64,000 bases of DNA from Octopus vulgaris. Taxonomy: Eukaryota. The notes under the pieces are model-generated. The model was not told where the DNA came from. It worked only from the letters and a program-made list of their open reading frames with translations, and searched no databases. Both the position numbers and the translations under genes were made by a program. Below, piece by piece: positions 1-14,367 of the stretch; the stretch's first letter is position 1; each line of letters begins with the position of its first letter. The stretch covers positions 106,020,001-106,084,000 of the forward strand of contig OX597820.1 in NCBI GenBank assembly GCA_951406725.2. Direction: 5' to 3'.

Positions 1-325
1 GCATATCCTTCTGCGAAACCATTGGTCACTCTATGACCAGACATATACTTACCAGCTAGTAAATACATTGCTACTCTATTCTTTAGAGTTCCATTTTGGT
101 GGAACTCTTAGTCAAAGCTATGAATAGTAGCATGCAAATATTGGCTTAACAGAAGTTTACAGAAGTTGTGGGTTCAAGTTCTATGAGCACCTTTCAACTT
201 TTTCCATCCAAAGATATTTTTAACCCAATATTTACATGCTATTATATTATATTATATTTGGGTTCCACAGATAAAAATAAATTATTTCAAATCTCCCAAG
301 TTTCTAAATTCTTGGGACATAAACT

Positions 326-492
326 GTATGTATGTATGTATGTATGTATGTATGTATGTATGTATGTATGTATGTATGTATGTATGTATGTATGTATGTA
401 TGTATGTATGTATGTATATATATATGTATATATATATATATATATATGAATATATATATATATCATCATCATCATCATTATCATCATCATCA
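326..492. repeat. Compound microsatellite (TATG)n(TA)n(CAT)n
   Basis: Read directly; representative of dozens of such tracts in the window. Confidence 0.97.
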
Positions 493-830
493 TTTAACAT
501 CTGCTTTCCATGCTGGCATGGGTTGGATGGTTTGACTGAGGACTGGTGAGCCAGAGGCTGCACCAGGCTCAATCTGATCTGGCAAGGTTTCTTGAGCTGG
601 ATGCGCTCCCTAACGCCAACCACTCTGAGAGTGTAGTGGGTGCTTTTTCGTGCCACCGGTACGAAGACCTATCAGGTGGTTCTGGCAACGATCACGCTCG
701 GATGTGCTTTTAACATTCCACTGGTAAGAGTGCCAATCAAGCAGTACTGTCATCGGCCACGTCAGCAATTTTGATTTGTTTTCACTTGCCTTAATAGGTC
801 TTTGCAAGCAAAGTTCATTGTATAATGAAT
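462..830 (-). mobile_element. (GAT)n-tailed SINE / RTE-type 3' end, family C
   Basis: catcatttaacatctgctttccatgctggcatgggttgga...gctggatgc..cctaacgccaaccactc. Copies at ~26200, 27410, 34855, 45065, 45340, 45835, 48060 and 58390. Confidence 0.8.
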
Positions 831-871
831 GAAGGGTACTCATAAGTGGGTCGGTTACACCCCACATTCGG

Positions 872-967
<96 letters not shown>

Positions 968-1717
968 GTATGTATCTAATGTATGTATTTTATGATAAAT
1001 ATGTAATCTATTGTCAGTACTGAACTGATAAAATTTTGAAAAAGCAACATTTTTGTAGAGATAACTTATAGTTATTTCAATTGATGTTCAGTATGTAGCT
1101 GGTATTTGAATTTATCAATGTTCACCCATCCACCTCAGCAGCAGAAATACAAAGTTCTCCTTGATGAGATGTGAGTTTAGAACTGAGAATGATGGAAGTA
1201 AATTACTTACTAGCATTAAGTTGAATGTTCTGCTGAGCACTAGGTCTGTTAACATTAGCATTGTTGCTTAGGCAATATTTGTAAATTGTTAAAATAATTT
1301 CTTTACACTAGGCATTAAGATCAATATATGGATAGTGAATAATCTTTTCAACTGACCCTAGTAGTTATTTCATGTAACAGGATGCGATTTGGAGTTGAGG
1401 AACTGCAGGAGGCATAGAATGCATTTAGCTTGATATCTTAACTCAACTATTAACCATTTTACTGTTTTAGTAAATATGAATTTCTTTTTTTGGCTAGAGT
1501 CAAAGATTAGATACTTTAGGATATGGTGGAAGTGGGATATTGTGATGTTGATGAGTTTCAGAAATCTATGTGAAGTAAAACAATTCAAATTACATCATAG
1601 TTTTTACTTATTTGGAAATTATTTAGTTATTTGGCTCATTTACCGCAATCCTTTGTTTTGATATAAATATTACATTTAAGAAAAAGATACAACTATAAAA
1701 TTTGAAATAAGATAAAT

Positions 1718-1975
1718 ATAGGCACAGGCATGGTAAACAGCTTGCTTCCCAACCACATTGTTTTGGGTTCAGTCCTACTGCATGGCACCTTGGGCAAGTG
1801 TCTTCTACTATAGCCTCAGGCCAACCAAAGCCTTAAGAGTGGATTTGATTGACAGAAACTGAAAGAACCCTATCGTATATATATCTATGTATATATATCA
1901 GATTGGAGCCTGGTGCAGTCTCCCAGTCCTCAGTCAAATTAACCAACCCATGCTGGCATGGAAAGCAGACATTAA

Positions 1976-2008
<33 letters not shown>

Positions 2009-2233
2009 ATGATGATTATTATTAGTGTGTGTGTCCCTGTGTCTGTGTTTGTTCCCCACCACTGCCTGACAGTTGGTGTTGATGTTTTTTATGTCCTTGT
2101 AACTTATCAGGCAAAAGAGTCTGATAGAATAAGTACCAGGCTTTAAACAAAAAATGTCCTGGGCTCGATTTGTTTGCCCTTCAAGGTGGTGCCTCAGCAT
2201 GGCTGCAGTCAAATGACTGAAACAATTAAAAGA
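1718..2233 (+). mobile_element. SINE family A with a (GAT)n-tailed fragment nested in its internal microsatellite
   Basis: Head 1718-1875, insert ~1900-2010 ending gacattaaatgatgatg, then tail half to 2233. Confidence 0.8.
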
Positions 2234-4077
2234 TATACCAAACTAACCACATAATTAGTGTGCAAGATGCCAAGTTAAAGAATGAGAGTTAGTACTGTTG
2301 TCCAGATAAAGATAGTTTTCTTAGCCTTAGATTTTTCAGTGAGACAGGCAATGGAGGTGTCAAAGTACTAACTTACTAGCTTCAGGTTAAATTTTTGGCT
2401 TCCCTTCACCAGTGTTGCACTGTGTCTTGTGTAAAGATACTTGAAAAGTACCCAAAGCTAAATCCACTTGGTTGTATATAGGTATAATGCACCTGTACAG
2501 TTTACTATTTTAAGAGGTGGAAACTATATCCTTTGGTTTTCCTTTTGCTTGAAGTGGTGAACTGAAATCTTATCATGGAGAAGGTAATGGAATATTAGGA
2601 AATATAAGAAATGTCTCAAACAACCAGACCATTTTACCACTTTTTTGTAGTACAAACTATTTTCAAGTATGTTTGTTAATTTGAATAGTACTTGACCCCT
2701 AAAAAACAAATGTAATCAGTGTAAAAAAATTTAAGCACATAATTTTTAAACCTTTCATTTCCCTATTTCTGTTAAAATACACCACTTTTGAATTAATTCT
2801 TAAAATGAATTTTAAACAATGATGATTGTGAACTATCATTATTAAGCTAGTGTTTGGAACATAATATAATGGAAGGTTTAAATTTACTCTTTTCTGGCCA
2901 TAATTCTATTGAAATACCACTGATTTTTTCAATTAATTTTGTAAATAATGAAGAATTTAGTAAAATAAAATAACTTTGTCTTTATTAAACAAGTGTTTCA
3001 GAACATAAATTAACAAGAAATTTTGATGGTAGATTTATTTTAATTTGATCACTTTAAAACATGATGTTTGTATTGTTGAACAAGCAGGTTATTATCAAAT
3101 GGCTTAAGTTATTTTGATAAAAGCACTTATGGGCCATGCTGGACAAAATGAATTGTGCAGCTGTTTAAAAATTCTTCATTCAAGCTATTTTCAAATTCCT
3201 AAGTTTATAGAATCAACTTTCCTTTCATAGAAAAATATGTATATAAAACTATGTTTATAAAAGGTATAAAATGTGTATAAAAACTGGGTATATAAAACTA
3301 AAAAATTATAAAGACAATATTCAACAACATTATATTTAGTAACAAGGCATGTTACTAAAGGATACTATTACAAAGTGCTTTAGTTTTTACTAAATTAATT
3401 CTGTCAAGACTTAGCTGAGAAAATAACATTTAAATAAATTTATCCTTTGAGGAGAGAGGTGGGTAGCAAAACCTAGTTATGAGCAAGTTGTATCAATGTC
3501 CTTGCTTCTATTTCCTGCTGGAACCACTTAACTTTGCTTACATCATTAATACTCTTCAAAGAATGTTTAAATGTGACAACTTCCCACTTCCTTTTCCACC
3601 AAAATTCCATGTTCTACATCAATGTAAAACTACTTTGGTATAAATAAGATTTAAGTATTTTGAAATAAAATCTGATAAATTCATTTTACATGTAAGTGAA
3701 ATTTAAGGCTGCTTATCCTCTATTTAATGTGACTTGATTATTTCAAATTGTGAAATTTTTTAGTAATCTAGGAAATACCTACTTAGACTGAAAATGAATG
3801 AAGTGGAATGGTTACAAAGTCCATGATAATTTGTTTGTAATAAGGACTATATTGTCAGTAAGCTGTAGCTTGCTGATGTTCTCTCCATTGACTTTCTCAT
3901 TATCATCTTCAAAGTAGAAGGTGAAGCATATGGCTGGTTTGAGACAACCTTGATGAACACCTGGATATGAAACCATTTTCTCTGTTCCTTCTCCACTCTG
4001 ACAGTTTGTTGGTTCTTTTAGAGGTTACTAGCCGAGATACCCAACCATGCTCAAGATTAAAATAGCATAGTTTTTTT

Positions 4078-4450
4078 ATTGTTTTACTTGTTTCAGTCAT
4101 GTGACTGTGGCCATGCTGGAGCACCACCTTTGGTCGAATAAATCGGCCACAGGATATATTCTTTATAAGCCTAGTACTTATTCTATCAGTGTCTTTTGCT
4201 GAACCGCTAAGTTATGGGGACATAAACAAAGTATGTGTGTGTATATGGTTGTGTGTCTGTGTTTGTCACCCCAACATCGCTTGACAACTGATGCTGGTGT
4301 GTTTACATCCCCGTAACTTAGTGGTTCAGCAAAAGTCACCAACAGAATAAATACTAGGCTTACAAAGAATAAGTCCTGGGGTCGATTCACTCGACTAAAG
4401 GCGGTGCTCCAGCATGGCCACAGTCACATGACTGAAACAAGTAAAAGAGT
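4078..4450. mobile_element. Two SINE A 3' halves, head-to-head
   Basis: 4078-4228 (-) and 4250-4450 (+) are reverse complements. Confidence 0.85.
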
Positions 4451-4495
4451 ATATATATATATATATTTGTGTGTGTGTGTGTGTGTGTATATATG

Positions 4496-4564
<69 letters not shown>

Positions 4565-6228
4565 TATATATACTATATATTTATCTACAACATATATACC
4601 TCGAAGAAATACATTTGTTATCTATGTTTGTTTTTAATCTATAAAGATAGATAAATATTTTGTCTATAATAATAGATAAAATTTGTTACCTATCTTATCT
4701 TTGATTTGATTATTATGGAATTAATTGATTTTCTTGATTAATTTGTTCATTATTTGTGTGATACTGATTTACATCATAAAAATTTATATAATAATAAAAA
4801 TTTGTATAAATGAAAGCTTTGTTTATCAAATTTGTAGTAAGTTTTCTGTTAATTATCTGCACAGCTTTGCTTATATACACTTCCTTTTTTTCCCCCACTC
4901 CTCTCCTCATTGAACTACATTGCACTACTAACTTGATCTCTATTTCCAAATATTTCTAAAAATATGTCATTGAAATTATCAGCTTTAAGACTTCCTTCAC
5001 TTAAGTTTTCTTCATATTTAAGCACAAGGATTTTTAATAGACTTTCTAGAAAATTCTGAAGTAGTGTAAGTGTGCTTTTTTAAGAAAAAAATTATTTTTC
5101 TGGAATTTCCCAAATTATTCATTAATCTACCTTTTAAAGTGTTATATTGTGCTAGTCTGAGGTTCTTTTACATTAGAATGAAATATTTTTCATATGGCTT
5201 CATTCTGAATTTTCCTTTTGCTTCATTTTATCAAAAATCCTTCTGTAATGTTACTAAAATATGTGGGTGATATCTCTAACATTCCTTGATATCTACAAGT
5301 TTTGGTAGAAAACAAAACTCCCTAATTATTCTACAAAGTTTTCTAGAAACTAATGTTATTAAAAAGAATGTGGCATAAACAGAACCAAAGTCCTAGTTTG
5401 GAGTCAAAGAGAAAGATTAAAGATAATATGCAATTTCCCAAGAACAATACAAGCACAACCCACAATATACAACTGGATATGCACATGGACAGCGAAACTC
5501 CAAGTTCTAAGATATGTTATTTACTTTTAAGGGTGTCAGTGATATTTATCATCATAGTATGTGACATAATCAAAATAATGATATGCATTACAATATATAT
5601 ATATATTATTTAAAATAAATTTCAACAATGCAGTGTTCAAGGTATAATATAAAAAGAAATTCCGTAATTACAATTTTGTTTGTTATCAGTGGATCTTTAA
5701 ATGATCTTTCAATAGTTGTCAGTTGTAACAATTTAAGTTTGTTTCTCATCACTCAGATATTTAGTATTTTTGAATATTTTAAAATTAGAATGTATTCTTA
5801 AATATGTTTGTTTCTTTGCTTTACAGCTATTTTTCCTTCTTAGTAATGGTTAAAGGAATACATATTATTGAGACATTCACATTGTTCTTTCACTGGATGG
5901 CCTTCTTGTTGCTAACCCTTAACTGATTTTTAAGTCAGGGATCATTTTCATTTTACTCTTCTTCAAAAGGATTCAGCTGGTGGATAATTTGTTAACAGAG
6001 AACAACACTAAACATAGACATTTTATGCATAAACCACAGAATGTAAACATTCCAACAACATGCATGCACACATGTATACATATTTATATGCATGTACATT
6101 TGTATGTATACATGTGTGTATGTGTATATCTATCTATCTAGCTATATATCTATATTTTACTTTTTTTTACTTACTTATTTCAGTCATTTGACTGTGGCCA
6201 TGGTGGAGCACCACCTTATATATATATG

Positions 6229-6278
<50 letters not shown>

Positions 6279-6292
6279 CAGATATGTGTTTG

Positions 6293-6338
<46 letters not shown>

Positions 6339-6624
6339 ACTGTGTGTATGTGTGGGTGTATGATAGGCTTCTGTACAGTTTCTATGTACCAAATTCACTC
6401 ACACACATTGGTCTGCTCAAAGTTATAGTAGAAGGCACTTACCCAAGGTGCAATATAGCAGGACTGGCCCAAGACCACATGGGTGGGAGCAAGCTATTTC
6501 ATCACACAGTCACACTTGTGCCTATTACACACACACTCATACTTACAAACACACACATGTAAATATATACATGAATGTGTGTATATATGTATAAGTATAT
6601 ATGTATATGTAGACATATACTTCT

Positions 6625-7040
6625 ATAGGTACAGGTGTGGCTGTGTAGAGGCATAAGCATGGCTGTGTGGTAAGAAGCTTGCTTCCCAACCACATGATTC
6701 TGGGTTCAGTCCCACTGCATGGTAACTTGGGTAGCTGTCTTCTACTATAGCCTCAGGCCAACCGAAGCTTTGTGAGTAGATTTGATGGATGGAAGCTGAA
6801 AGAAGCCCATCATATATATATATATATTTATGTGTATGTCTTTGTATCTGTGTTTGTCCTCCCACCATCGCTTGACAACTGATGTTTACGTCTCCATAAC
6901 TTAATGGTTCGGCAAAAGAGACTGATACAATAAGTACCAGGCTTACAAAGAATAAGTCCTGAGGTCGATTTCTTTGACTAAAAGGCAGTGCTCCAGCATT
7001 GCCACAGTCAACATGAAACAAATAAAAGAATAAAAGAATT
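6625..7040 (+). mobile_element. SINE family A, full length
   Basis: Head, (TA)n spacer and tail all present. Confidence 0.88.
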
Positions 7041-7094
7041 TATATATATTTCATATTAGCAAACAGAAATAGTATTATTTCAAAGCAGCAATCT

Positions 7095-7487
7095 TTACTC
7101 TTTCGCTTGTTTCAATCATTTGCATGTGGCCATGCTGGAGCACCACCTTTTAGTCAAGCAAATCGACCCCACAACTTATTCTTTGTAAACCTAGTACTTA
7201 TTCTATCAGTCACTTTTGCTGAACTGCTAAGTTATGGGGATGTAAACACACCAGCATCGGTTGTCAAGCGATGTTGGGGGACAAACACAGACACACAAAC
7301 ACATACACACATACATATATATGACAAGCTTCTTTCAGTTTCTGTCTACCAAATCCACTCATAAGGCTTTGGTCAACCCGAGGCTATAGTGGAAGACACT
7401 TGCCCAAGGTGCCACGCAGTGGGACTGAACCAGGAACCATGTGGTTGGGAAGCAAGCTTCTTACCACACAGCCACTCCTATGCCTAT
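7095..7487 (-). mobile_element. SINE family A, full length, tail-to-tail with 6625-7040
   Basis: Reverse complement of the adjacent copy. Confidence 0.88.
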
Positions 7488-8184
7488 ACAATATTTAAAG
7501 CAGATATATTGTTAAAAGCCTGAAAATTGTGGCATTTGTTTCAAAAAAGTATCTCTTATAAACGTATAGTGTTAAAAGGCACAGAAATGTATCAGCAGCA
7601 GACAAAACTTGTCCAGCCGCAGTGGTGGCATTGCTAAGTACATATTTCTGCTTCTTTAAGCTTCATTAGTAGCAGGTATCCACTAGTAACAGCATGCTGA
7701 AACAAATTTAGCCTCTCCAGATATGGAAAAACAATGATTGAAAAATTTTAGCTGATAGCTATTTTTAAGAGATAAAATTGTTGTGACAGTGTATCCGGAA
7801 ACACCTTCTTTCACTCAATTTAGTTTCATATGACTCAGTGACATCACATATACTTGATGATGTATTTTCAATAATTTTCTTGCACACACATTTATATAAA
7901 TATATATGTACACAAGCATACATGCATATAAGTATATGTGAGTTGTTGTTGTTGTGGCGGTAACAGTAATAGTAGTAGTAGTAGTAGTAGTAGTTGCTGG
8001 TGTTGTTGAACAGCTTTGTTGTACTTATTGCTCAGCAACGGCCATAGACGCAGATACAGAAATATCAATGAAAATGAGGAGTGAAGATAAACATGATTGC
8101 AATAATGATAAAATGTATGACACTGCTGAGGATAATATTGACAAAGGACATAGCAAAACAAGCTAATGATTTTCCATAAAAATA

Positions 8185-9416
8185 TTGGGTCATCCCATAA
8201 ATAATGTGTTTTTTTTTCAATTACATGAACTAATAGTCAGAGGGGGGCGGATAAACTGCCTGCATCAACTTGCTATAAAAGCAGGTAGTAATTTTACCTT
8301 GTGCTTATTCTTAGTGCAAGTTTTGAAGAATGCAGTTCGATTTTAACAGTAATTTTTTTAAAGCTATAATGGAAGTGACAAAGGTGCATATTTTGTATTA
8401 TGAGTTCAATAATGGCAACAACGCAACAGAAAGTGCAAGGAATATTAATGCAGTAAATGGGGATTGGACAATAAACATAAGCCAGTGTCAACTGTGGTTC
8501 CAAAAGTACCGAGCCAGAAACTACAGACTAGAAGACAAGCCTCATCCTGGAAGATATGAACAGCTTGACAAGGACATCCTGCAAACCCTGGTGGAACAAA
8601 ATCCCATTGTAACTGTTGAGAAACTAGCAGAGAAGCTTGGATTTGGTCATTCAACCATTCATCGACACCTGCGTGCCATCAGGCAAGTCAGAAAATTGGG
8701 TCATTCGGTTCCTCACAAACTTTCCAAGTCTAATCACACTCAGAGAGTGAATGTGTGCTCTTCTTTGCTGTCACATCTCATGAATGAACCATTTTTTATA
8801 CCAAATAGTGACTGGTGACGAGAAATTAGTTATCTATAAAAATGTCAAGTGCTGAAGACAGTGGGTAGGGAAAGGAGAAATACTGGCACCCAAGGCTAAA
8901 GAAGGTTTTCACCCACATAAGTTGTTGTTATCTGTTTGGTGGGATATGAAAGGTTTGAACTTTGAACTTTTAAATCCAAACCAAATGATAACAAAGGAGA
9001 TCTACTGCGAGCAGCGTCAGTACTAGACAAAAATCGATGATCTTTAGTTTCAAGATGAAATGTGTTCTTCCATCAGGATAATGCTCAGTTACATACAGTG
9101 AGGATGACATTCGAAAGGCTGGAGCAGTTTGAATGGGAAACAATACCGCACCCACCATATTTACTGGACATTGCCCCATCATCTGATTATCATTTATTCC
9201 ATGGTTTTCAAAATTATTGGGATAAAAAAATATGAATTCTGTAGATGAGGTCAGAACAGTACTAGAAAAGTATTTTTCACCGTGGGCAAGTGAATTTCGG
9301 AAAAGGAGCCTTGCAAGTCTACCAGATAGATGGAAGAGAATTGTAGAAAATGAAGGAGAGTATATTTTAGATTAAAAAGAAGTATAAAAAACTGCATTAT
9401 TTATGGGATGTCCCAA
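8185..9416 (+). mobile_element. Full-length decayed mariner DNA transposon
   Basis: TIRs ttgggtcatcccataaataatg / cattatttatgggatgtcccaa, 5' TA. ORF 8330-8818 has HTH domains and a WVPHEL-like HSVPHKL; frameshifted VTGDEK, HQDNA and PPYxxDIAP remnants follow. Confidence 0.93.
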
Positions 9417-9968
9417 AACGTTGCTTGTGAAGAAGTGTAGGGCTGGTATCTATTTACTGACTTTTAGAAAAGCTTATTACCAATGTATCATAAGTCTCAA
9501 TTAGAACCTGTGTAAAATAGAATTTGGCTATATGTACATGCATACTTACATAAAAATACATACATACATATATATATACATGCACATGTACACATATATA
9601 CATATACACATAAATATGTACACACACATACACACACACACACATATATATATATATGCACACACACACATTGAGAGAGACAGAGAGCTTATTGTGCATA
9701 ACAATATGTTTGTGTCTATGTGGTGTACACTGAGAGAGAGAGAGAGAGAAAAGTGTTATGATCCTTGTCTCCCCAAAGAAGATTTAGTAAGTGGATGCTT
9801 ATACTGTATAAACTCTATAAAGATGGTGTGAGGATAAAGGAAAGTTCAGTTCAATAGTGATCATACATGCACACACACATATTTGTGTAAACTGAAACAA
9901 GAAGAAAACAAAACCAAGCTCTGAAAATCTCTTAATTCACTTATGCACCAATTGATATTAGTCTAAAT

Positions 9969-10199
9969 CAGTGGTTCTCAATTGAGGTCCACATAAAATG
10001 TTGTTAGAATTTATCTGTGATAAATTTATACTTCAACAATACACAAAATATTAAAAAAAAATTTTTTACATGCAATTCCTAAAAATTTTTAATTATAAAA
10101 GTATAATAGGATTTTTTAAGTATCAAATGATTAGGAGGGTCCATCTGAGTAAAATAGGAACCTAGGGATCCATAGGAAAAAAATGGTTCAGAACCATTT
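9969..10199. mobile_element. hAT-type MITE
   Basis: cagtggttctc ... agaaccattt termini with imperfect 8-bp TSD gtctaaat/gcttaaat. Confidence 0.6.
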
Positions 10200-10551
10200 G
10201 CTTAAATGAAACTGAAATGAAATAATGAAATAACAAAATAGAAGTGTTTTATCTGTTTCATTTAATTTATCTTTTAAATTTCAATTCAAAATTTATGACA
10301 AACACTAAATGCTAACAGCCAATAGAATTAATAAGTAGCTGAGGTTAATGCTATCTCATTTCTTTTTCCTTTTATTTTCAAGAATTCCAGAAAGTATTTC
10401 ATTCATTTCTATCTTCTTTTTCAGTGAAAATTCCTCGCCTGAAAAATTTCCAGTGAAGTGTATACATTCATACTTTTTATTTTTTTACATTTTTGATTAA
10501 TTTATTTTTTGTCAATAACAGCAGGAGTGAATGACTAAATGATTCATCACC

Positions 10552-10583
<32 letters not shown>

Positions 10584-10687
10584 TTTTGCATCCTTTTTGC
10601 TTTTTTGTGTATAACAGTATCTCTATGTATAATAACATTTTCTATTTATTGAGTTCTTAGAAAATTATTATTATTATTATTATTATT

Positions 10688-10998
10688 TTACTTCTTAAAG
10701 CTCTCAGTCTTACTTGCTCTGGTTGGTTCTGTGAGAGCAGACAGCGATCTGTTGTCAAAGGTCTCACAGAGTCTCTTTCTGCAAGCTATAAGCTTTGGTA
10801 CTTAGATGTTAACTATTATGGAAGACAAGCCCCAATCTCAAAATCCTAGCTGTCCCCAATAGAGCAATTTTTTTTTTTTTGCCCTCATGTCAATTCGAAT
10901 TTCTCCAACATATTTCTTGAACATGGTTGTTAGTGCTCTGAGTGTCCCTACAACTACTGGGATAACAGTTACTCTCCTTATTGCCCACATTCTTGCAA
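10688..10998 (-). mobile_element. Old Dong/R4-clade LINE 3' fragment
   Basis: Minus strand reads IARMWAIRRVTVIPVVVGTLRAL...IALLGTARILR (REL-domain C-terminus); flanked by (ATT)n. Confidence 0.75.
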
Positions 10999-11033
10999 TC
11001 ATCATCATTATTATTATTATTATTATTATTATT

Positions 11034-13180
11034 CAGTAGTTTTATTTTTATAGCGTGCTTTCACTTCACTACCGAGCGCAGCTCTGTGTGCCTTGGGTAT
11101 GTGCTGTGATTTGTTGTGATGCTCTGATGGTTATTGTATGGAAAGTGTTCTGCGTAGGATGTGTGGTGCCTAGTAGTGCAATTTTCTGTATGTTATATGT
11201 GTTTGTAAGTCCTGGTGTTTTTGTTATGTATTTGTCTGAATATTTTTTATCATGCCTAATGCACCTACTATGATAGGAATTGTTTCTGTTTTCAGATTCC
11301 ACATTCTAGTTACCTCTATTTCCAGGTCTTTGCATTTTGAGAGTTTCTCCATTTCTTTTAGAGACACGTTGTCATCTGCCGGTATTGATACATCAATTAG
11401 AAAGCATTTTTTTCTTCATGATCTCTGACAACTATATCTGGTCTGTTGGCCTTAATTTCTCTATCTGTGTGTATCGGCATATCCTAGAGTATGGTTGCTT
11501 TCTCGTTTTCTGTGACCTTTTCTGGTGTGTGCCTATACCATCTTTTTTCTGTTGTTATTCCATAATGTTGGCATAGCTTCCAATGTATGTAGGTTCCAAC
11601 TCTGTCATGTCTGTGAATATATTCCTTCTTAGCCAGGACTGGGCAGCTAGAGATAATATGATTTATTGTTTCTTGTCCATCTCCACATATTCTGCAGTTA
11701 CTTGTAATATTTCTTTTCATTACATGTTTTTGGTAATTTCTGGTGGGGAGGCTTTGGTCTTGTGCTGCAATTAAAAATCCCTCTGTTTCTGCTTTGAGTC
11801 CTGAGCTTCTCAACCATTGCTGGGATTTTTCTTTGTCTATTTCTTTTGCGTTTAGTTTAGTGCAGTATTTACCATGAAGGGGCTTTTCTTGCCATCGTTT
11901 TATCATGGTTCGTTGCTGTTCTATTTTTAGTTTGGATTTCATTTGTTTTATAGCTTTTGTTGTTTCTTCATCATCTTCTTCTTCTTCTTTGTGTTTATTA
12001 GGTGGTATGATTTCTTGTTTGTATTTGTCAGCTTCCTTAAATACTGAGAACAGTTTTTTGTTTTGCTCGTGTTTTGCCGCTATCTGGATCAGTTTTCCTT
12101 CCTTCTGAAGTAGATATTTTTGCAGTCCTATGGTGGTTATTTTATAGTAGTTTTCCAGCTGTATAAGGCCTCTACCACCTTCTATACGTTGTATATATAG
12201 TCTTTCTATGTCAGATTTTGGGTGATGCATCCTAGATCCTGTCAGTATTTTTCTTGTTTTCCTATCTATTTTGGACAGTTCATTTCGTGTCCAGTTAAGG
12301 ATATTGTAGCTGTAACTTATAACTGGGACAGCTAAAGTGTTGATACCTATTATCTTGTTTTTAGCATTGAGCTCTGTTTTTAGTATTGATCTAACTCGTC
12401 TATAATATTCTTTTTTATTTTCTCTTTCATTTGTGTGTGTTGTGTCTTATCTAGTTCATGGATTCCTAAGTATTTGTAAGTTTGGCTTTGGTCTAATTCT
12501 TTTATTTCATTGGTTTTATCTAGTGTGATGTTGTTACTCTTAACTAGTTTTCCTCTTTTCATGGTTACTTTGGCGCATTTTTCTAATCCAAATTTCATAT
12601 CTATTTCTTTGGTAAATCCATGAACTGTCTTTAATAGTGTTTCCAGCTGTTTGTCATTTGCAGCGTATAGTTTTAGGTCATCCATATATAAAAGGTGGCT
12701 GATCGTTTTGCCGTAACATTTATATCCGCATCCAGTTCTATTTAGCATATCAGATAGAGGTGACAGTGCCAAGCAGAAAAGGAGTGGAGAGAGCGTGTCT
12801 CCCTGGAATATTCCTCTTCTAATGGGGATGTCTTTGGTTTTCATGAGTCCCTCTTTTGTTTGGAGGTGTAGGACTGTTTGCCATTTATTCATAGAGTGCT
12901 CTATGAATTTTATGATTGTTGGTGCTACTTTGTTAATGGCTAGTGTTTCGAGGATCCATGTGTGGGGGATGCTATCAAACGCCTTTTTGTAGTCAATCCA
13001 GGCCATACTGAGGCCTTTCTTCTTTCTGTGGCTGTCTTCAGTTACGGCTTTATTAATCATTAGTTGATCTTTACAGCCACATGAGCCCTTGCGGCATCCT
13101 TTCTGCTCTTCTGGGAACAGTTTGTTTTCGTCCAGGTGCTTGTTCAGCCTTTGCGATATCACTGCAGTGAATGCCTTGAA

Positions 13181-13181
<1 letters not shown>
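11034..13181 (-). mobile_element. 5'-truncated Dong/R4-clade non-LTR retrotransposon (RT, CCHC knuckle, REL endonuclease), frameshifted
   Basis: ORFs 12380-13282 (EQKG, WIDYKKAFDS, GIFQGDTLSP, YMDD) and 11484-12230 (CRICG...HIISSC), then RPDIVV...LIDVSIP. (TAA)n on both sides, the known Dong target. Confidence 0.93.
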
Positions 13182-13228
<47 letters not shown>

Positions 13229-13289
13229 CATCATTATTATTATTATTGTTGTTGTTGTTATCATTATTAATAATAATATCATTATTATT

Positions 13290-13810
13290 AGGGGCAGTGA
13301 GCTTGTAGAATTGTTAGCATGCTGTGCAAAATGCTTAGCAGAATTTCATCTGTTTTTACGTTCTAGGTTCAAATTCCACTTTTGTCATTCATCCTTTTGG
13401 GGGTCAATAAAATAAGTACCAGTTGCAGACTAGGGTTGATTTAATTGACTTAGTCTTTTCCCCGAAATTGCTGGCCTTGTGCCAAAATTTGAAACTATTA
13501 TTATTATTGAAATATACGGATAAGGAAATAATTTTTTATTCTCAAACACAGGATAATGCTACTAATATAGCATGAACAGGATAAACTATCCATATTTCCA
13601 GAAAAATAATTATTTTATTATCTTTGCACAGCTTCTAATGCTGGAGATGTACTACAGTGTCAGCTGCACACTACCAGTGAACTTAGGTAACACCCATTAT
13701 TTTTTGAACACCATCAAAAGTATTCAAGCGGTTCCAAGCAGTGCTGTTTTCTGCAAGTGCTCCACCCTTATTGCAACCCCTATTTGTTCCATGTACTATT
13801 ATTGTTGTTG

Positions 13811-13866
<56 letters not shown>

Positions 13867-14325
13867 GCAGTGAGCTAGCAGAATCATTAGCACATCAGAC
13901 AAAATTCTTTGTGATATTTTCTCTGGTTCTTTACATTTTAAGTTCAAATTCTGCTGAGGTTGACTTTGCCTTTCCTTCTTTCAGGGTCAATAAACTAAGT
14001 ACCTGTTGAGCACTAGATTTGCTGTAATTGACTTACCCATTCACCTGTAATTTCAGGTCTTGTGCCTCTAGTAGAAAGGATTACTACTACTACTATTACT
14101 ATTATTATTATTATCGTTAAGGAAGTGAGCTGGCAGAGTCAATAGCATGTTAGACTAAATGCTTAGCAGCACGTCTTCCAGTTCTGTACATTCTGAGTTC
14201 AAATTCTATGAGGTCAACTGTACCATTTTTCCTTTGGAAGTCAATGAAATAACATACCAGTCAGGTACTGAAATTGACATCCCCCTCCCCTCCCCTTGAA
14301 ATAAGTTGTTGACCAAAAATGGGAA
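13290..14325 (+). mobile_element. Three SINE family B copies (13290-13500, 13867-14085, 14119-14325) with (ATT)n tails
   Basis: gagctggcagaa..ttagca..gttcaaattc..gactttgcctttcatcctttc..aagtaccagttg..ggccttgtgcc. Others at ~17221, 23455, 33310, 39560 and 50360(-). Confidence 0.8.
13508..13797 (-). mobile_element. Dong/R4-like 3' fragment of another subfamily
   Basis: Minus strand YMEQIGVAIRVEHLQKTALLGTA; (ATT)n flanks; the same 3' end recurs at ~55428-55520. Confidence 0.7.
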
Positions 14326-14367
14326 ATAATAATAATAATAATAATTATTATTATTATTATTATTATT

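Noticed and set aside
168-1023. Overlapping ORFs with YVCM/IYIY/HTHT runs here and throughout the ORF track
   Set aside because: Translations of (TATG)n, (TA)n, (CA)n, (ATT)n and (CAT)n microsatellites.
7954-8166. Acidic 70-aa ORF as a PDLIM exon
   Set aside because: Starts in GTT/GTA microsatellite, has no good splice signals and no PDZ/ZM similarity.
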